Shown: in pieces, positions 48,431-58,428 of the stretch
Layout: every line of letters begins with the position of its first letter
Position numbering within the stretch: position 1 is the first letter of the stretch
Assembly: GCA_045118155.1 (NCBI GenBank)
Contig: JBGUXS010000078.1
Span: 443 to 64,442, forward strand
Reading direction: 5' to 3'
Length of the DNA stretch: 64,000 nt
DNA from: Alphaproteobacteria bacterium
GTDB taxonomy: Bacteria > Pseudomonadota > Alphaproteobacteria > CAAHEQ01 > UBA3637
Notes under the pieces: generated by a model
What the model saw: only the letters and a program-made list of their open reading frames with translations
Told to the model about the DNA's origin: nothing
The model's database searches: none
Made by a program: the position numbers and the translations under genes

Positions 48431-50171
48431 TATCAACACCCTGCTAGATCAAGCGTTTGATGCCTATAATCGTCAAGATTTCACAACCGCCGAAGCTATG
48501 GCACGCCTGGTTCTTTCCATGGCACATGAAGAACCAGATGCCCTGTACTTATTGGGACTTTTAGCTTTCAAATCCTACACTTTCAAGCAATCGGAATTAT
48601 TTTTAACTCAAGCTCATTTTTTACGTCCTGATAATGAAAACTATACCCTAGCGTTAGCTTTTACTTTACAATGTTTAGGTCAGGGAGAACGAGCCCTAGC
48701 CTTATATCAGCCATATTCAGAAAATGCCGAAGCCCTTTCTCAAACAGGGATGATCCATCTTATGTATCATCGCATTCCTTTTGCAAAAACGGCCTTTCAA
48801 AAAGCCCTATCTCTAGATCCCGCCCTCCCTTCGGCTTGGATTGGGAAAGCTTTGATAGAAAAAACAAAGGGACATCTTAAAACCGCCGAAGAAATTTTAA
48901 AAAAAATGCCTCTTAAAAACCAAGATACTTTTAAACAATTAGGATATATTTATAGAGAACAAGGGGATTTGAAAAAAGCTGTATCTGCCTTTGAGAAAGC
49001 CTTAACTTATGCACAAAGCCCTGACGCGTGGCATATTTTAGGCCAAATCTATTGTGAATTAAATCATCCTAAAAAAGCATTAGATGCCTATAACAACGCT
49101 TTAAAAATAACCCCAAATAATCCGGATATTCTTGTGGATAAGGCGACCCTTTGTCCAGAAAAACAAGCTAAATCTCTATATGAACAAGCTCTACAGGAAA
49201 ATCCTAATTATATTCCGGCTTTACACAATCTAGCTTGCTTATATACAAAACAAAAAGAAACCGCAAAAGCTTTGGATTTATATCAACGCATTATACAATT
49301 AAATCCTCAGCATCTACCTTCCTTATATAATCTCGCCATTATTTTAGAAGAAGAATCTTCATGGTCAGAGGCTTTAGGCCTTTATTTTAATTTACTGGTT
49401 TTAAAGGCCGATTTTTCAGATTTACCTTTTAGAATTTCTGCTTGCATTACCGAATTATTTCAAACAGGAAAAGAGGGGGAAAAAGAAGCGCTTCGTTTTG
49501 CCAAAGGTTGGATTAAACACTTTGCAAAAGATCCTATTGCTCTTCATACTTATGCTGTTTTAACCCATAAAAAAGGGGTAAATTCTCTAGATTATTTGAA
49601 GAGATTTTACAATCATTTTTCAGGCACCTATGATGACACCATGCATCTTTTACAGGCTGAATCTTTAAATATCATTTTAAAAAATCTGCCCAAAACTTCT
49701 TTTCACAATATTTTAGATTTGGGTTGTGGAACGGGAAAATTTGGATCTCTTTATAAACAACCATTTAAAACACTAACAGGGGTAGATTTATCTGAAGAAA
49801 TGCTAAAGAAAGCCCCTAAGAAATATACACATCTTATATGTCAAGATATCTTTACTTATTTAACCAAAACAAAAAAAACGTTTGATTTAATTATTTTGGC
49901 TGAAGTTGCTTGTTATATCGCAGATATGGAATCTCTTCTCAAAAATCTTGTTCCTCATATGAAAAAGGGAACTTTTTTAGCTCTAACAACTGAAACCGCC
50001 CTAAAACAACAAACATTATCCCCTTATGGCCGGTGGGCATACCCAGATGAAAAAATTGAAAAAATTCTGCATAACTTGGGATTAAAACTGATAAGAAAAA
50101 CTTCCTTTCCCTTAAGAAAAGAAAAGGAAGTTATTTTACCCGGAACGTTCTTTTTAATTCAAAGAACTTAA
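48417..50171 (+). CDS. TPR-repeat protein fused to a class I SAM-dependent methyltransferase domain
   Basis: About 9 TPR-like repeats, then [12 protein letters not shown] (motif I) ... FDLIILAEV. Confidence 0.7.
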   Translation: MMMNDINTLLDQAFDAYNRQDFTTAEAMARLVLSMAHEEPDALYLLGLLAFKSYTFKQSELFLTQAHFLRPDNENYTLALAFTLQCLGQGERALALYQPYSENAEALSQTGMIHLMYHRIPFAKTAFQKALSLDPALPSAWIGKALIEKTKGHLKTAEEILKKMPLKNQDTFKQLGYIYREQGDLKKAVSAFEKALTYAQSPDAWHILGQIYCELNHPKKALDAYNNALKITPNNPDILVDKATLCPEKQAKSLYEQALQENPNYIPALHNLACLYTKQKETAKALDLYQRIIQLNPQHLPSLYNLAIILEEESSWSEALGLYFNLLVLKADFSDLPFRISACITELFQTGKEGEKEALRFAKGWIKHFAKDPIALHTYAVLTHKKGVNSLDYLKRFYNHFSGTYDDTMHLLQAESLNIILKNLPKTSFHNILDLGCGTGKFGSLYKQPFKTLTGVDLSEEMLKKAPKKYTHLICQDIFTYLTKTKKTFDLIILAEVACYIADMESLLKNLVPHMKKGTFLALTTETALKQQTLSPYGRWAYPDEKIEKILHNLGLKLIRKTSFPLRKEKEVILPGTFFLIQRT

Positions 50172-51611
50172 TTTTTTTTCAAACAATTGATTCGCTAAAC
50201 CCGGATTCACTTTGCCACCAGATGCTTTCATAATCTGTCCGATGAACCACCCTTTCAACTTATCTTTCCCGGCTTTAATTTCGGCAATTTTATCTTGGTT
50301 CTGCGCTATAATTTCATCAATAATTTTTTCAATTGCCCCTGTATCAGAAACTTGCTTTAACCCTTTTTCTTCAACCAATGTTTCAGGGTCTTTACCTGTT
50401 TCAATCATCAATTCAAAGACATCTTTTGCAATCTTCCCCGAAATCACTCCTTCGGTAATTAAATGAACTAATGCCCCCAAATTTTCAGATGAAATTGGGG
50501 ATTCCAAAATACTAAGGCCTTGTTTATTCAAATAAGCAAATAAATCCCCCATAACCCAGTTCGCCACTTTTTTCGCATCGGCCTTTTGACACGCCCGTTC
50601 AAAATAGGCCGCTGTATCCATATCCATCGTTAAAATACGAGCATCATATTCCGGAAGGCCTAATTCTTCCATATACCGTTTCTTTTTAGCTTCCGGTAAT
50701 TCCGGCAAAGTGGCCCGAATTTTATCCACATACTCTTGTGTTAAAATTACAGGGGGCAAATCTGGATCCGGGAAATAACGATAATCATTCGCATTTTCCT
50801 TACCCCGCATAGACCGCGTTTCCATCGCATCAGAATCAAACAATCTGGTTTCCTGAATAACCGTTCCCCCAGCATCATAAAGATCTACCTGACGTTGCGC
50901 CTCTATTTCAATAGCCTGCATGACAAACCGGATAGAATTCATATTTTTCACTTCCACCCGTGTTCGCAACGTTTTTTCCCCGACTTTACGGACAGATACA
51001 TTGGCATCGCACCGCAAAGACCCTTCATCCATATTGCCATCACATGTTTTAAGGGCCCGCACAATCGCCCGTAATTGCCGTAAATAAGCCCCTGCTTCTT
51101 CTGGGGAATGCATATCGGGTTTAGACACAATTTCCATGAGTCCCACCCCGCACCGATTCAGGTCAATAAAGGAATGGACTGGATCCATGTCATGAATAGA
51201 TTTTGCTGCATCCTGTTCCAAGTGTAACCGTTCCACCCCGATTTTTTTCGTACCTTCTTCGGTGGTAATTTCAACAAATCCTTCCCCAACAATTGGATGA
51301 TATAACTGTGAAATCTGATAACCCGAAGGTAAATCTGCATAAAAATAATTCTTTCTGTCAAAACGGGAATATAAATTAATTTTGGCGTTTAAACCCATCC
51401 CCGTTTTCACACATTGTTCCACACATTTTTCATTTAAAACCGGCAACATCCCCGGGAACGCCGCATCCACAAAAGACACATGTGTATTTTGTTCCGCCCC
51501 AACTTTCGTGGACGCCCCTGAAAACACCTTAGATTCAGAAATAATCTGACAGTGGACTTCCAAACCAATAACTAATTCCCACTCGGCATCTTTTCCTTTA
51601 ATTGTGTACAT
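50154..51611 (-). CDS. gatB: Asp/Glu-tRNA(Asn/Gln) amidotransferase subunit B
   Basis: [12 protein letters not shown]..., GatB/YqeY C-terminal domain. Confidence 0.95.
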   Translation of the reverse strand: MYTIKGKDAEWELVIGLEVHCQIISESKVFSGASTKVGAEQNTHVSFVDAAFPGMLPVLNEKCVEQCVKTGMGLNAKINLYSRFDRKNYFYADLPSGYQISQLYHPIVGEGFVEITTEEGTKKIGVERLHLEQDAAKSIHDMDPVHSFIDLNRCGVGLMEIVSKPDMHSPEEAGAYLRQLRAIVRALKTCDGNMDEGSLRCDANVSVRKVGEKTLRTRVEVKNMNSIRFVMQAIEIEAQRQVDLYDAGGTVIQETRLFDSDAMETRSMRGKENANDYRYFPDPDLPPVILTQEYVDKIRATLPELPEAKKKRYMEELGLPEYDARILTMDMDTAAYFERACQKADAKKVANWVMGDLFAYLNKQGLSILESPISSENLGALVHLITEGVISGKIAKDVFELMIETGKDPETLVEEKGLKQVSDTGAIEKIIDEIIAQNQDKIAEIKAGKDKLKGWFIGQIMKASGGKVNPGLANQLFEKKLSSLN

Positions 51612-51614
51612 GAT

Positions 51615-53096
51615 TTATCCTTTCACCCGATGCGGGATTAATGGCATTTCTGCCCCATTTTCTAGCGCTTGTGCTACCTGGAAAACCGTTGTTTCATCAA
51701 AATGTCGTCCTATAACTTGAAGTCCTATCGGCAATCCATTTTTTCCAAACCCAACAGGAACCGCAACACTAGGTACCCCAGCCAACGAAGACGGTGTTGT
51801 AAAAACATCAGCTAAATACGCATCCAACGCACTCATATTTTTCATTTCCTGTTCAGAAATCGCCGTCGTTGGGGATGTTGGTACTAACAAAGCATCCACT
51901 TTATTATACACATCCATAAAGTCATTATAAATCAAACGACGCACCTTTTGTGCCCGCGTATAATAGGCATCATAGAATCCCGCAGATAACACAAAAGTTC
52001 CCAAGAAAATACGGCGTTGTACTTCTTCACCAAACCCTAAAGAACGTGTTTTTGTATAAAGTTCATCCAGTGTTTTTCCTGTTTCCCGAATGGTATAACG
52101 CACCCCATCATACCGGGCTAAATTAGAAGAAGCTTCGGCGGGACTAATAATATAATAAACCGGCAAAGCATATTGCGTATGGGGCAAACTAACATCCAAA
52201 ATTTCCGCCCCAGCCTCTTTCAAAATCCGAACCCCTTTATCCCAAACAGAGGCGACATCTGGGTTAAGCCCCTCTAACCGATATTCCTTTGGGATCCCAA
52301 TTTTCAACCCTTTAATCCCTTTTTTGCAAAGGGCCGCAAAATCTGGAACCAACTGGTTCGCTGAGGTAGAATCTTTGGCATCATATCCCGCCATATTTTG
52401 AAGCATCAAAGCCCCATCTTCCACGGAACGCGCCAAGACCCCCGCTTGATCCAAAGAAGAAGCATACGCCACAATTCCCCATCTAGAACACCGCCCATAA
52501 GTCGGTTTTACCCCAACAATACCACAAAAGCTAGCTGGTTGCCGGGAAGATCCCCCTGTATCTGTACCGGTTGCCGCCATACAAAGGCCCCCGGCCACTG
52601 CCGCAGCTGGTCCCCCAGATGATCCCCCAGGAACAAGGGTGTAATTTCCGTTTTCATCCGTCCACGGATTCTTGGTTAAGCCAAAATAACTGGTAATTGT
52701 AGAAACCCCCATTGCGAATTCATCGGTATTAACTTTTCCCAAAACAACGGTTCCGGCTTTTTGCAATTTTTCAGAAACTGTGGATTCATAAGGGGGAATA
52801 AATTCGCTTAAAATCCTAGAGGCCGCCGTTGTCCGAACCCCTTTTGTACAAAACACATCTTTATGTGCGATAGGGATTCCTTCCAACGCCCCGGCTTGTC
52901 CTTTTGCCCGGCGCGCATCACTTTCTTCCGCTTGTTTTAATGCCAATTCTGGGGTTTGTGTAATAAACGCATTTAAGGTTTTATCTGCCCGTTCCATTTC
53001 CGCAATATAGGCCTTGGTTAATTCCACAGAAGAAATTTCTTTTTTATCTAAAAGATCTAAAGCTTGGGCAACACGTAAATCTATCAAATCCGTCAT
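51615..53096 (-). CDS. gatA: Asp/Glu-tRNA(Asn/Gln) amidotransferase subunit A
   Basis: Amidase signature GGSSGGPAAAVA. Confidence 0.95.
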   Translation of the reverse strand: MTDLIDLRVAQALDLLDKKEISSVELTKAYIAEMERADKTLNAFITQTPELALKQAEESDARRAKGQAGALEGIPIAHKDVFCTKGVRTTAASRILSEFIPPYESTVSEKLQKAGTVVLGKVNTDEFAMGVSTITSYFGLTKNPWTDENGNYTLVPGGSSGGPAAAVAGGLCMAATGTDTGGSSRQPASFCGIVGVKPTYGRCSRWGIVAYASSLDQAGVLARSVEDGALMLQNMAGYDAKDSTSANQLVPDFAALCKKGIKGLKIGIPKEYRLEGLNPDVASVWDKGVRILKEAGAEILDVSLPHTQYALPVYYIISPAEASSNLARYDGVRYTIRETGKTLDELYTKTRSLGFGEEVQRRIFLGTFVLSAGFYDAYYTRAQKVRRLIYNDFMDVYNKVDALLVPTSPTTAISEQEMKNMSALDAYLADVFTTPSSLAGVPSVAVPVGFGKNGLPIGLQVIGRHFDETTVFQVAQALENGAEMPLIPHRVKG

Positions 53097-53100
53097 TTTC

Positions 53101-53388
53101 TTACTCCACTACCTTGGGGACAACATAAAATCCATGAACAGCATCAGGGGAATTCGCCATTAATTCTTCCTGTAAATTCCCAGTGGTCACCTCATCCGCC
53201 CGTTGGACATTTTTTTCTTCTGCGACACTGTAAAGTGGCTCAATCCCATCAACATTGACCTGTTGCAACTGCTCCACCCACTTTAAAATATCTTCCATTT
53301 CGTGAATAAATTTTTCCTGTTTTTCTTCTGGGATATTAAGCCGCGCCAGCTGTGCAATCCCTTTTACCGTTTTTGTATCAAAATGCAT
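53101..53388 (-). CDS. gatC: Asp/Glu-tRNA(Asn/Gln) amidotransferase subunit C
   Basis: 95 aa. Conserved gatCAB order. Confidence 0.85.
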   Translation of the reverse strand: MHFDTKTVKGIAQLARLNIPEEKQEKFIHEMEDILKWVEQLQQVNVDGIEPLYSVAEEKNVQRADEVTTGNLQEELMANSPDAVHGFYVVPKVVE

Positions 53389-53412
53389 TAAATGCCCCTC
53401 CTAGAAGTCTTT

Positions 53413-53441
53413 TTTATACATTTTTTCCGTTTAAAAGTCAA
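53413..53441 (-). promoter_or_regulatory. gatCAB promoter: TTGACT (53441-53436), 17 nt, TATAAA (53418-53413)
   Basis: Minus-strand sequence aaaaaaacTTGACTtttaaacggaaaaaatgTATAAAaaagacttctAGGAGGGGcatttaATG. Confidence 0.55.
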
Positions 53442-53517
53442 GTTTTTTTCATAAAAGCATTTTCTGCCTTTACTTTTCATCTCTTTTTGATTATGCTTGT
53501 TTCTACAAGGGGGTAAT

Positions 53518-53805
53518 ATGCGGGAACCTATTTTAAAAGCGGTCAGTATGCCGGCGCGTATTTTATGGGCGCCGTCGGTTCCGGCGTTGTTAAACATGGT
53601 TTGTCAATTACCTTTCATGTTGTTCTATGCGGGACAAGGGGGCAACCCTTTGCTATTCATGGGAACTATCATCGGGGTTCATGCCTTAATTGCTCTTTAT
53701 GCCGCGAAAGAACCTCATTTATCTAATATGTTCAAAGCCCAAGGTCCTTTCTTTAAGAAAAGTTCACAAATGTATACCTCATCAGGAAGAAAATACGCCC
53801 CATGA
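53518..53805 (+). CDS. virB3: type IV secretion system protein VirB3 (TrbD-like)
   Basis: Two TM helices. ILKAVSMPARILWAPSVPALLNMV...LLFMGTIIGVHALIALYAAKEPHL matches the VirB3 family. RBS AAGGGGG. ATGA overlap with virB4. Confidence 0.75.
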   Translation: MREPILKAVSMPARILWAPSVPALLNMVCQLPFMLFYAGQGGNPLLFMGTIIGVHALIALYAAKEPHLSNMFKAQGPFFKKSSQMYTSSGRKYAP

Positions 53806-56237
53806 ATCAAACAGATGTTTTCGCCCTTATTTTACAAAATGCTTCCTCTACGGGGTTACTTATTGCCTTGTTAGGAGTATTAGCACTTGTTTTTGTCATG
53901 GTTGTATTTGTGACCTCCTTAGGAAATATGTTACTTCCCAAACCAAAAGAAACCCTTGTTTCTGATTTTCTTCCTTTTTCAAGGCTAGACCCAGATGGTG
54001 CCACCATTTACATGCGTAATGGTACTTTGGCTCGTGTTTTTGAATTAACAGGAACGGATACCACTTTAGCAAGTGATATTGAACGTAAAGCCTTAATGGA
54101 AAAACGGCAACAATGGATTGATTCACTAAGTGAATTAGAAATTATTTGCAGGGTTATTACGATTCGTGAAAAAATTCCTTTAGCCGAAGAAACACTACAT
54201 CCAGATAATCCTTTGCTCAATAAAGTGTCAGAACTTTGGTTGAACAGTTTACACCGTATTTTCAGAAACAAACATTACCTAATTCTTTCCGTTAATGATC
54301 GTAAGGATGCCATTAATGATTTAATTCAGGCAACAAATGCGACTCTTTCTATTTTAGATGTTTATCATCCTATTCTTATTTCTGAAAAAACCCCAGATAA
54401 ACATCAAGACAAAAGCCCCTTTTGGGTTTTTTCACAACTTGTCAGCCCCGTATCAAACCCCAAACCCATTGTAGGCTTTGAAAAAGGGGAAGAACTTAAT
54501 TCCTTTTTAACGTCTGACTATATCCACTTCACAAAAGATGAAGGGATTATCCGTTTCTTTTCTGGGGATAGGGAAAAATTAGCCATTTGTATCGGTATTC
54601 GTAAGCCTGGGGATTTCATGGATGAACAAATGGTTGCCCGTATTTTAGGAATTGATTGTGAAGTTGTTATTACACACAATATCCATGCTATTCCAAAAGC
54701 AAAAGGAAACCTGTTAATGATTCAACAACGCCGTATGGCTTACTTAACAAGTTTTTCTGAAAGTGTACGTTCCCAATATAATACCGCCATGCAATTAATG
54801 GATCCTTCTGATATTAATTCACAAACCCTTAATGAATATTCTATGTCTATTATGGTTTATGGGGAATCTAAGGAAGAACTTGTTTTTGGACAACAGGAAG
54901 TTGAAAAAATATGCCGACTTTACGGGGTGACCCCTGTGCGAGAAGGTTGGATTACTCAAGCTGTTTTCTTTTCTCAAATTCCCTCTTATGAAGTATATCC
55001 ACGTACATACTTGTATTTATCGCGGGTAGTGGCGTGTTCCATTTGCATGGATAAAACAACTGAAGGCCGGCAAAAATCTGATTGGGGGCCTGTGCCTATT
55101 TCTTACTTCCGGACTATTACGGGGACCCCTTACGCTTTCCAATTTCATGTAACAGAAGAACCCTATGCTGTGGCACATACAGCCCTTATTGGTCCAACGG
55201 GACAAGGGAAAACAACCTTATTTTCATTTTTAGCAGGCCAATCTTCCCGTATTCCAGATTTACGGACTTATTTCTTTGACCGTAACAATGGGGCCAAAGT
55301 TTTTGCTTTATTACAAGGGGCTCCTTATGTGCGGTTTGATGGGGGGGACAATGCTGTTGCCTTAAATCCTTTCTTTATGCCAGATTCCCCTGAAAACAGG
55401 GCATTTTTACGATCTTGGTTACGCTCTATTACTGGCTGTACAGATGCTTTTTCCGAAGAAGAAATTGCCCGAGCCGTTACAACAGCTTATGACTATTTAA
55501 AACCAGAAGAACGTCTTTTGAAGAACTTGTATAAAAGCTCTTTTTCCTTAAACGGAGATATGCGCCGTGAACTAAAACGTTGGGTCAGTGATGATCAATA
55601 TGGTCGGATCTTTAATGCCGAAGAAGATAAATTAGATATTGATAACCGCTATACTGGTTTTGATTTTACGCATATTTTCCAAGATGGGACGTTGGCTCCT
55701 GCTGTCATCAGTTATATCATGTACCGCATTCATGAATTAGCTAGTTTAAAAGGGACCCCCTCGTTAGTGATGATTGATGAAACGGCCCCTATGTTAGAAC
55801 ATCCTATGTTCCGAGACAATTTCATTGTAGGCCTTCGGGAAGGACGAAAGAAACGACAAGCATTCTTATGTGCTTTCCAGCAACCTCGCTTTTTAGATGA
55901 AAACGGTTTAGGGGATGTGATTCGTGGCCAATGTCAAACCATTATTTTCTTTAGAAATTTACAGGCAACCCCCGCGGATTATGAATCTTGGAATTTAACC
56001 CCAAGTGAACTAAACTTTATTCTAGGAAAAGAATTTATTGATCATAAATACGCCATCCTTGTCAAACGGCCCGCTGTTAATGAATCTGTTATCTTAGATA
56101 TTAATTTGGGGGGATTAGGTCCCTACTTAAAAATTTATTCTTCTGGGAATAAAAATGTGGCCTTAGTTGAACGTCTTAGTCATGAACTAAAATATGCTAA
56201 AGATATCCTACAACAATATCTACAGTTATCTGATTAG
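53802..56237 (+). CDS. virB4: type IV secretion system ATPase VirB4 (TrbE-like), 811 aa
   Basis: Walker A LIGPTGQGKTT. Walker B SLVMIDETAPML. N-terminal TM helix. CagE/TrbE/VirB4 architecture. Confidence 0.88.
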   Translation: MNQTDVFALILQNASSTGLLIALLGVLALVFVMVVFVTSLGNMLLPKPKETLVSDFLPFSRLDPDGATIYMRNGTLARVFELTGTDTTLASDIERKALMEKRQQWIDSLSELEIICRVITIREKIPLAEETLHPDNPLLNKVSELWLNSLHRIFRNKHYLILSVNDRKDAINDLIQATNATLSILDVYHPILISEKTPDKHQDKSPFWVFSQLVSPVSNPKPIVGFEKGEELNSFLTSDYIHFTKDEGIIRFFSGDREKLAICIGIRKPGDFMDEQMVARILGIDCEVVITHNIHAIPKAKGNLLMIQQRRMAYLTSFSESVRSQYNTAMQLMDPSDINSQTLNEYSMSIMVYGESKEELVFGQQEVEKICRLYGVTPVREGWITQAVFFSQIPSYEVYPRTYLYLSRVVACSICMDKTTEGRQKSDWGPVPISYFRTITGTPYAFQFHVTEEPYAVAHTALIGPTGQGKTTLFSFLAGQSSRIPDLRTYFFDRNNGAKVFALLQGAPYVRFDGGDNAVALNPFFMPDSPENRAFLRSWLRSITGCTDAFSEEEIARAVTTAYDYLKPEERLLKNLYKSSFSLNGDMRRELKRWVSDDQYGRIFNAEEDKLDIDNRYTGFDFTHIFQDGTLAPAVISYIMYRIHELASLKGTPSLVMIDETAPMLEHPMFRDNFIVGLREGRKKRQAFLCAFQQPRFLDENGLGDVIRGQCQTIIFFRNLQATPADYESWNLTPSELNFILGKEFIDHKYAILVKRPAVNESVILDINLGGLGPYLKIYSSGNKNVALVERLSHELKYAKDILQQYLQLSD

Positions 56238-56617
56238 CATTCAATAACAACAAACGCCATAGCTTGTTTATCATCACTCAAAGAAATATGTAGATAACTA
56301 TTGGGGTAAGATTCTAAAAGTGTTTGTCGCGCTTTTTCAGAAAGCTTGATAATGGGCTTTCCATTATCCGTGTTTAAAATACTAATGTCTTGCCAAGAAA
56401 GCTTCATTCCAATTCCAACCCCTAAGGCCTTTGCAACCGCTTCTTTTCCTGCAAATCTTTTAGCATAAAATCTAACTTGCCTAGTATAAGATAACTCTTC
56501 TGCATACTGTCTTTCTTCGGGGGTAAATAAACGATGCAGCACTTTGTTTCCAAAGCGCTGCATTAAAAATTGCATTCGTTCTATTTCTAAGATATCTGTG
56601 CCGATACCTAAAATCAT
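56234..56617 (-). CDS. acpS: holo-[acyl-carrier-protein] synthase
   Basis: MILGIGTDILEIERM... 4'-phosphopantetheinyl transferase. Confidence 0.88.
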   Translation of the reverse strand: MILGIGTDILEIERMQFLMQRFGNKVLHRLFTPEERQYAEELSYTRQVRFYAKRFAGKEAVAKALGVGIGMKLSWQDISILNTDNGKPIIKLSEKARQTLLESYPNSYLHISLSDDKQAMAFVVIEC

Positions 56618-56625
56618 TGGGGTAT

Positions 56626-56976
56626 TTAAACCTCGTCCACAACTTGAAAGGAACCCGTTTCTGCAAGTTCCTCATCTGAATAAATGGCATCCCCCATCAA
56701 TTCGGCATCCACAGCTTTCAATTCTTCTGCATCGGCTACACTTTCTTTAACCGGGGTATAGCGTTGTAATTTATCCACCATTGTTTCGCGCACCGCATCC
56801 AAATCCACAGCCCCTTGTTCAATTTCACGTAAGGCTATCACTGTATTCTTATCACCATCTTTTTCAACGGTTGGGGCAACCCCTAATCCCAAAGATTTCG
56901 CCCGGCCAACCGCCAAAACGACCAATTCAAATCTGTTAGGAACTTTTTTAACACATTCTTGAATACAAGCGTCCAT
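56626..56976 (-). CDS. rpoZ: DNA-directed RNA polymerase subunit omega
   Basis: VPNRFELVVLAVGRAKSL. Confidence 0.85.
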   Translation of the reverse strand: MDACIQECVKKVPNRFELVVLAVGRAKSLGLGVAPTVEKDGDKNTVIALREIEQGAVDLDAVRETMVDKLQRYTPVKESVADAEELKAVDAELMGDAIYSDEELAETGSFQVVDEV

Positions 56977-56996
56977 ATGTATCCTCCGCCTAAAAG

Positions 56997-57161
56997 TTAT
57001 TTGACCTTCTTTTCTACAAATTCGACGTGTTTTCTGGCCTTACGGTCATATTTACGAACTTTCATTTTTTCGGTTTTACGTGAACTTTTTTTCGTAACGT
57101 AAAACACACCTGTTCCAGCCGTACTTTCAAGTTTAATTTCAATTGTTGTTGGTTTTGCCAT
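56997..57161 (-). CDS. rpmG: 50S ribosomal protein L33 (not in the ORF track, 54 aa)
   Basis: Hand translation of the reverse complement: [54 protein letters not shown], which matches the L33 consensus. Confidence 0.85.
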   Translation of the reverse strand: MAKPTTIEIKLESTAGTGVFYVTKKSSRKTEKMKVRKYDRKARKHVEFVEKKVK

Positions 57162-57197
57162 ACTCTATACCCTTCCTTAAACATAAAATCTCTTGTT

Positions 57198-57226
57198 ATC
57201 ATACTTAAAATTTTCTTAAAAGTCAA
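57198..57226 (-). promoter_or_regulatory. rpmG-rpoZ-acpS promoter: TTGACT (57226-57221), 17 nt, TATGAT (57203-57198)
   Basis: Minus-strand sequence ttttttcTTGACTtttaagaaaattttaagTATGATaac. Confidence 0.5.
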
Positions 57227-57322
57227 GAAAAAAAGTAAAAAAGCGTTTTTTTTAAATTTTAATCACATTTTATGCTTGCTTTTCCCACAAAAAAAAGGTT
57301 GAATGATGCGCAGAGGAGAATT

Positions 57323-58063
57323 ATGAAAAAAATACTGTTGTGTCTTGGTCTTATACTATCTCTTCCCCTGGGGGCAGAGGAGTTGTTTTGGACATTTGAT
57401 AACACGGGAAAAGAATCCCCTGTTCCCCCTGATTGTGATGGGGTTTTTAACGAGGAATTAGGACGTTTTGTTTTGCCAACCCCAGAAGAATTATATACGG
57501 CGGGGAATGCCTATTTCTTTAAAAGGGAAGATGAACAACGTAACGCAGGGTATTGTTTTGTGGCGGCTGCCTTACAGGGGCATTTGAACGCTCAGTACAC
57601 ACTCGCTCAGCTTTACAGCAAGGGGATGGTTTTGCCTAAGGATGATTTAGCCGCCTATAAATGGGCTTTTATTGCGGGGTTGCAAGGACATAAAGCCGCT
57701 GAACGACTAGCGGTTTCTTTGGAACAATATCTAACAACTGAAGACATCATGAAGGCCACAGATGAAGCTCAGGAATTTTTAAAAACGTTGCCGACGAAAA
57801 CACAACAAACATTGGCGGGATTAGATGCTGAATTAGAAAGTAAGCAGGCCTATCTTGATCAAATTTATGCTGATATTGATAACGAATTGAACATTACTTT
57901 ACCCGAAGTTAAAATAGATGATTCTTTAAATCCTATTTTCCCGGATGAAGAAGAAACAGTGATTTCCAAAAAAGTCCCTACCGAAAAAAAAGCTGCAAAA
58001 ACAAAACGGGAATCTGTTTTAAAGCCTCTTGATAACATCTTTACTCAAAAAGATCGGCCATGA
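57323..58063 (+). CDS. secreted Sel1-repeat (TPR-like) protein
   Basis: Signal peptide MKKILLCLGLILSLPLGA. Sel1-like repeats GNAYFF...AQLYSKGMVLPKDDLAAYKWAFIAGLQGH. The track start 57272 is over-extended. Confidence 0.7.
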   Translation: MKKILLCLGLILSLPLGAEELFWTFDNTGKESPVPPDCDGVFNEELGRFVLPTPEELYTAGNAYFFKREDEQRNAGYCFVAAALQGHLNAQYTLAQLYSKGMVLPKDDLAAYKWAFIAGLQGHKAAERLAVSLEQYLTTEDIMKATDEAQEFLKTLPTKTQQTLAGLDAELESKQAYLDQIYADIDNELNITLPEVKIDDSLNPIFPDEEETVISKKVPTEKKAAKTKRESVLKPLDNIFTQKDRP

Positions 58064-58392
58064 AGCGTTTTTTATTTACCTTATGTTTTTTTGTGCTTTC
58101 AAACGTATATGCTGATTTTTTACCTTTCACACAAGATATCCCTTTAATGCCCAATTTAGTTCTTCAAGAAGATTATTTATCTTTTGATACTCCCTCGGGG
58201 CAAATACTTAATTTATCGGCTAAAACACCCCTTCCTTGTCAAAAAGTTTTTGATTTTTATTCCCAGACTTTACCCGCGTTGGGGTGGCAAGAAGAAAAAA
58301 AAGGATTTTTTAAAAGAAATGAAGATACTTTGTCCCTTTCCTGCAAAGCATCAACGGTCACTTTTGAAATAACATTTGAAAATCCTTCTTAA
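58060..58392 (+). CDS. small secreted hypothetical protein (110 aa, 2 Cys)
   Basis: Signal peptide MKRFLFTLCFFVLSNVYA. ATGA-coupled to the Sel1 gene. Confidence 0.5.
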   Translation: MKRFLFTLCFFVLSNVYADFLPFTQDIPLMPNLVLQEDYLSFDTPSGQILNLSAKTPLPCQKVFDFYSQTLPALGWQEEKKGFFKRNEDTLSLSCKASTVTFEITFENPS

Positions 58393-58428
58393 TTCAGCTA
58401 TACTGTTTAGCGGAAGGAAGTAAGGTTA

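Noticed and set aside
53388-53597. 69-aa minus-strand ORF across the gatC/virB3 promoter region
   Set aside because: It overlaps the gatC promoter and the virB3 start, has a basic low-complexity composition and no RBS.
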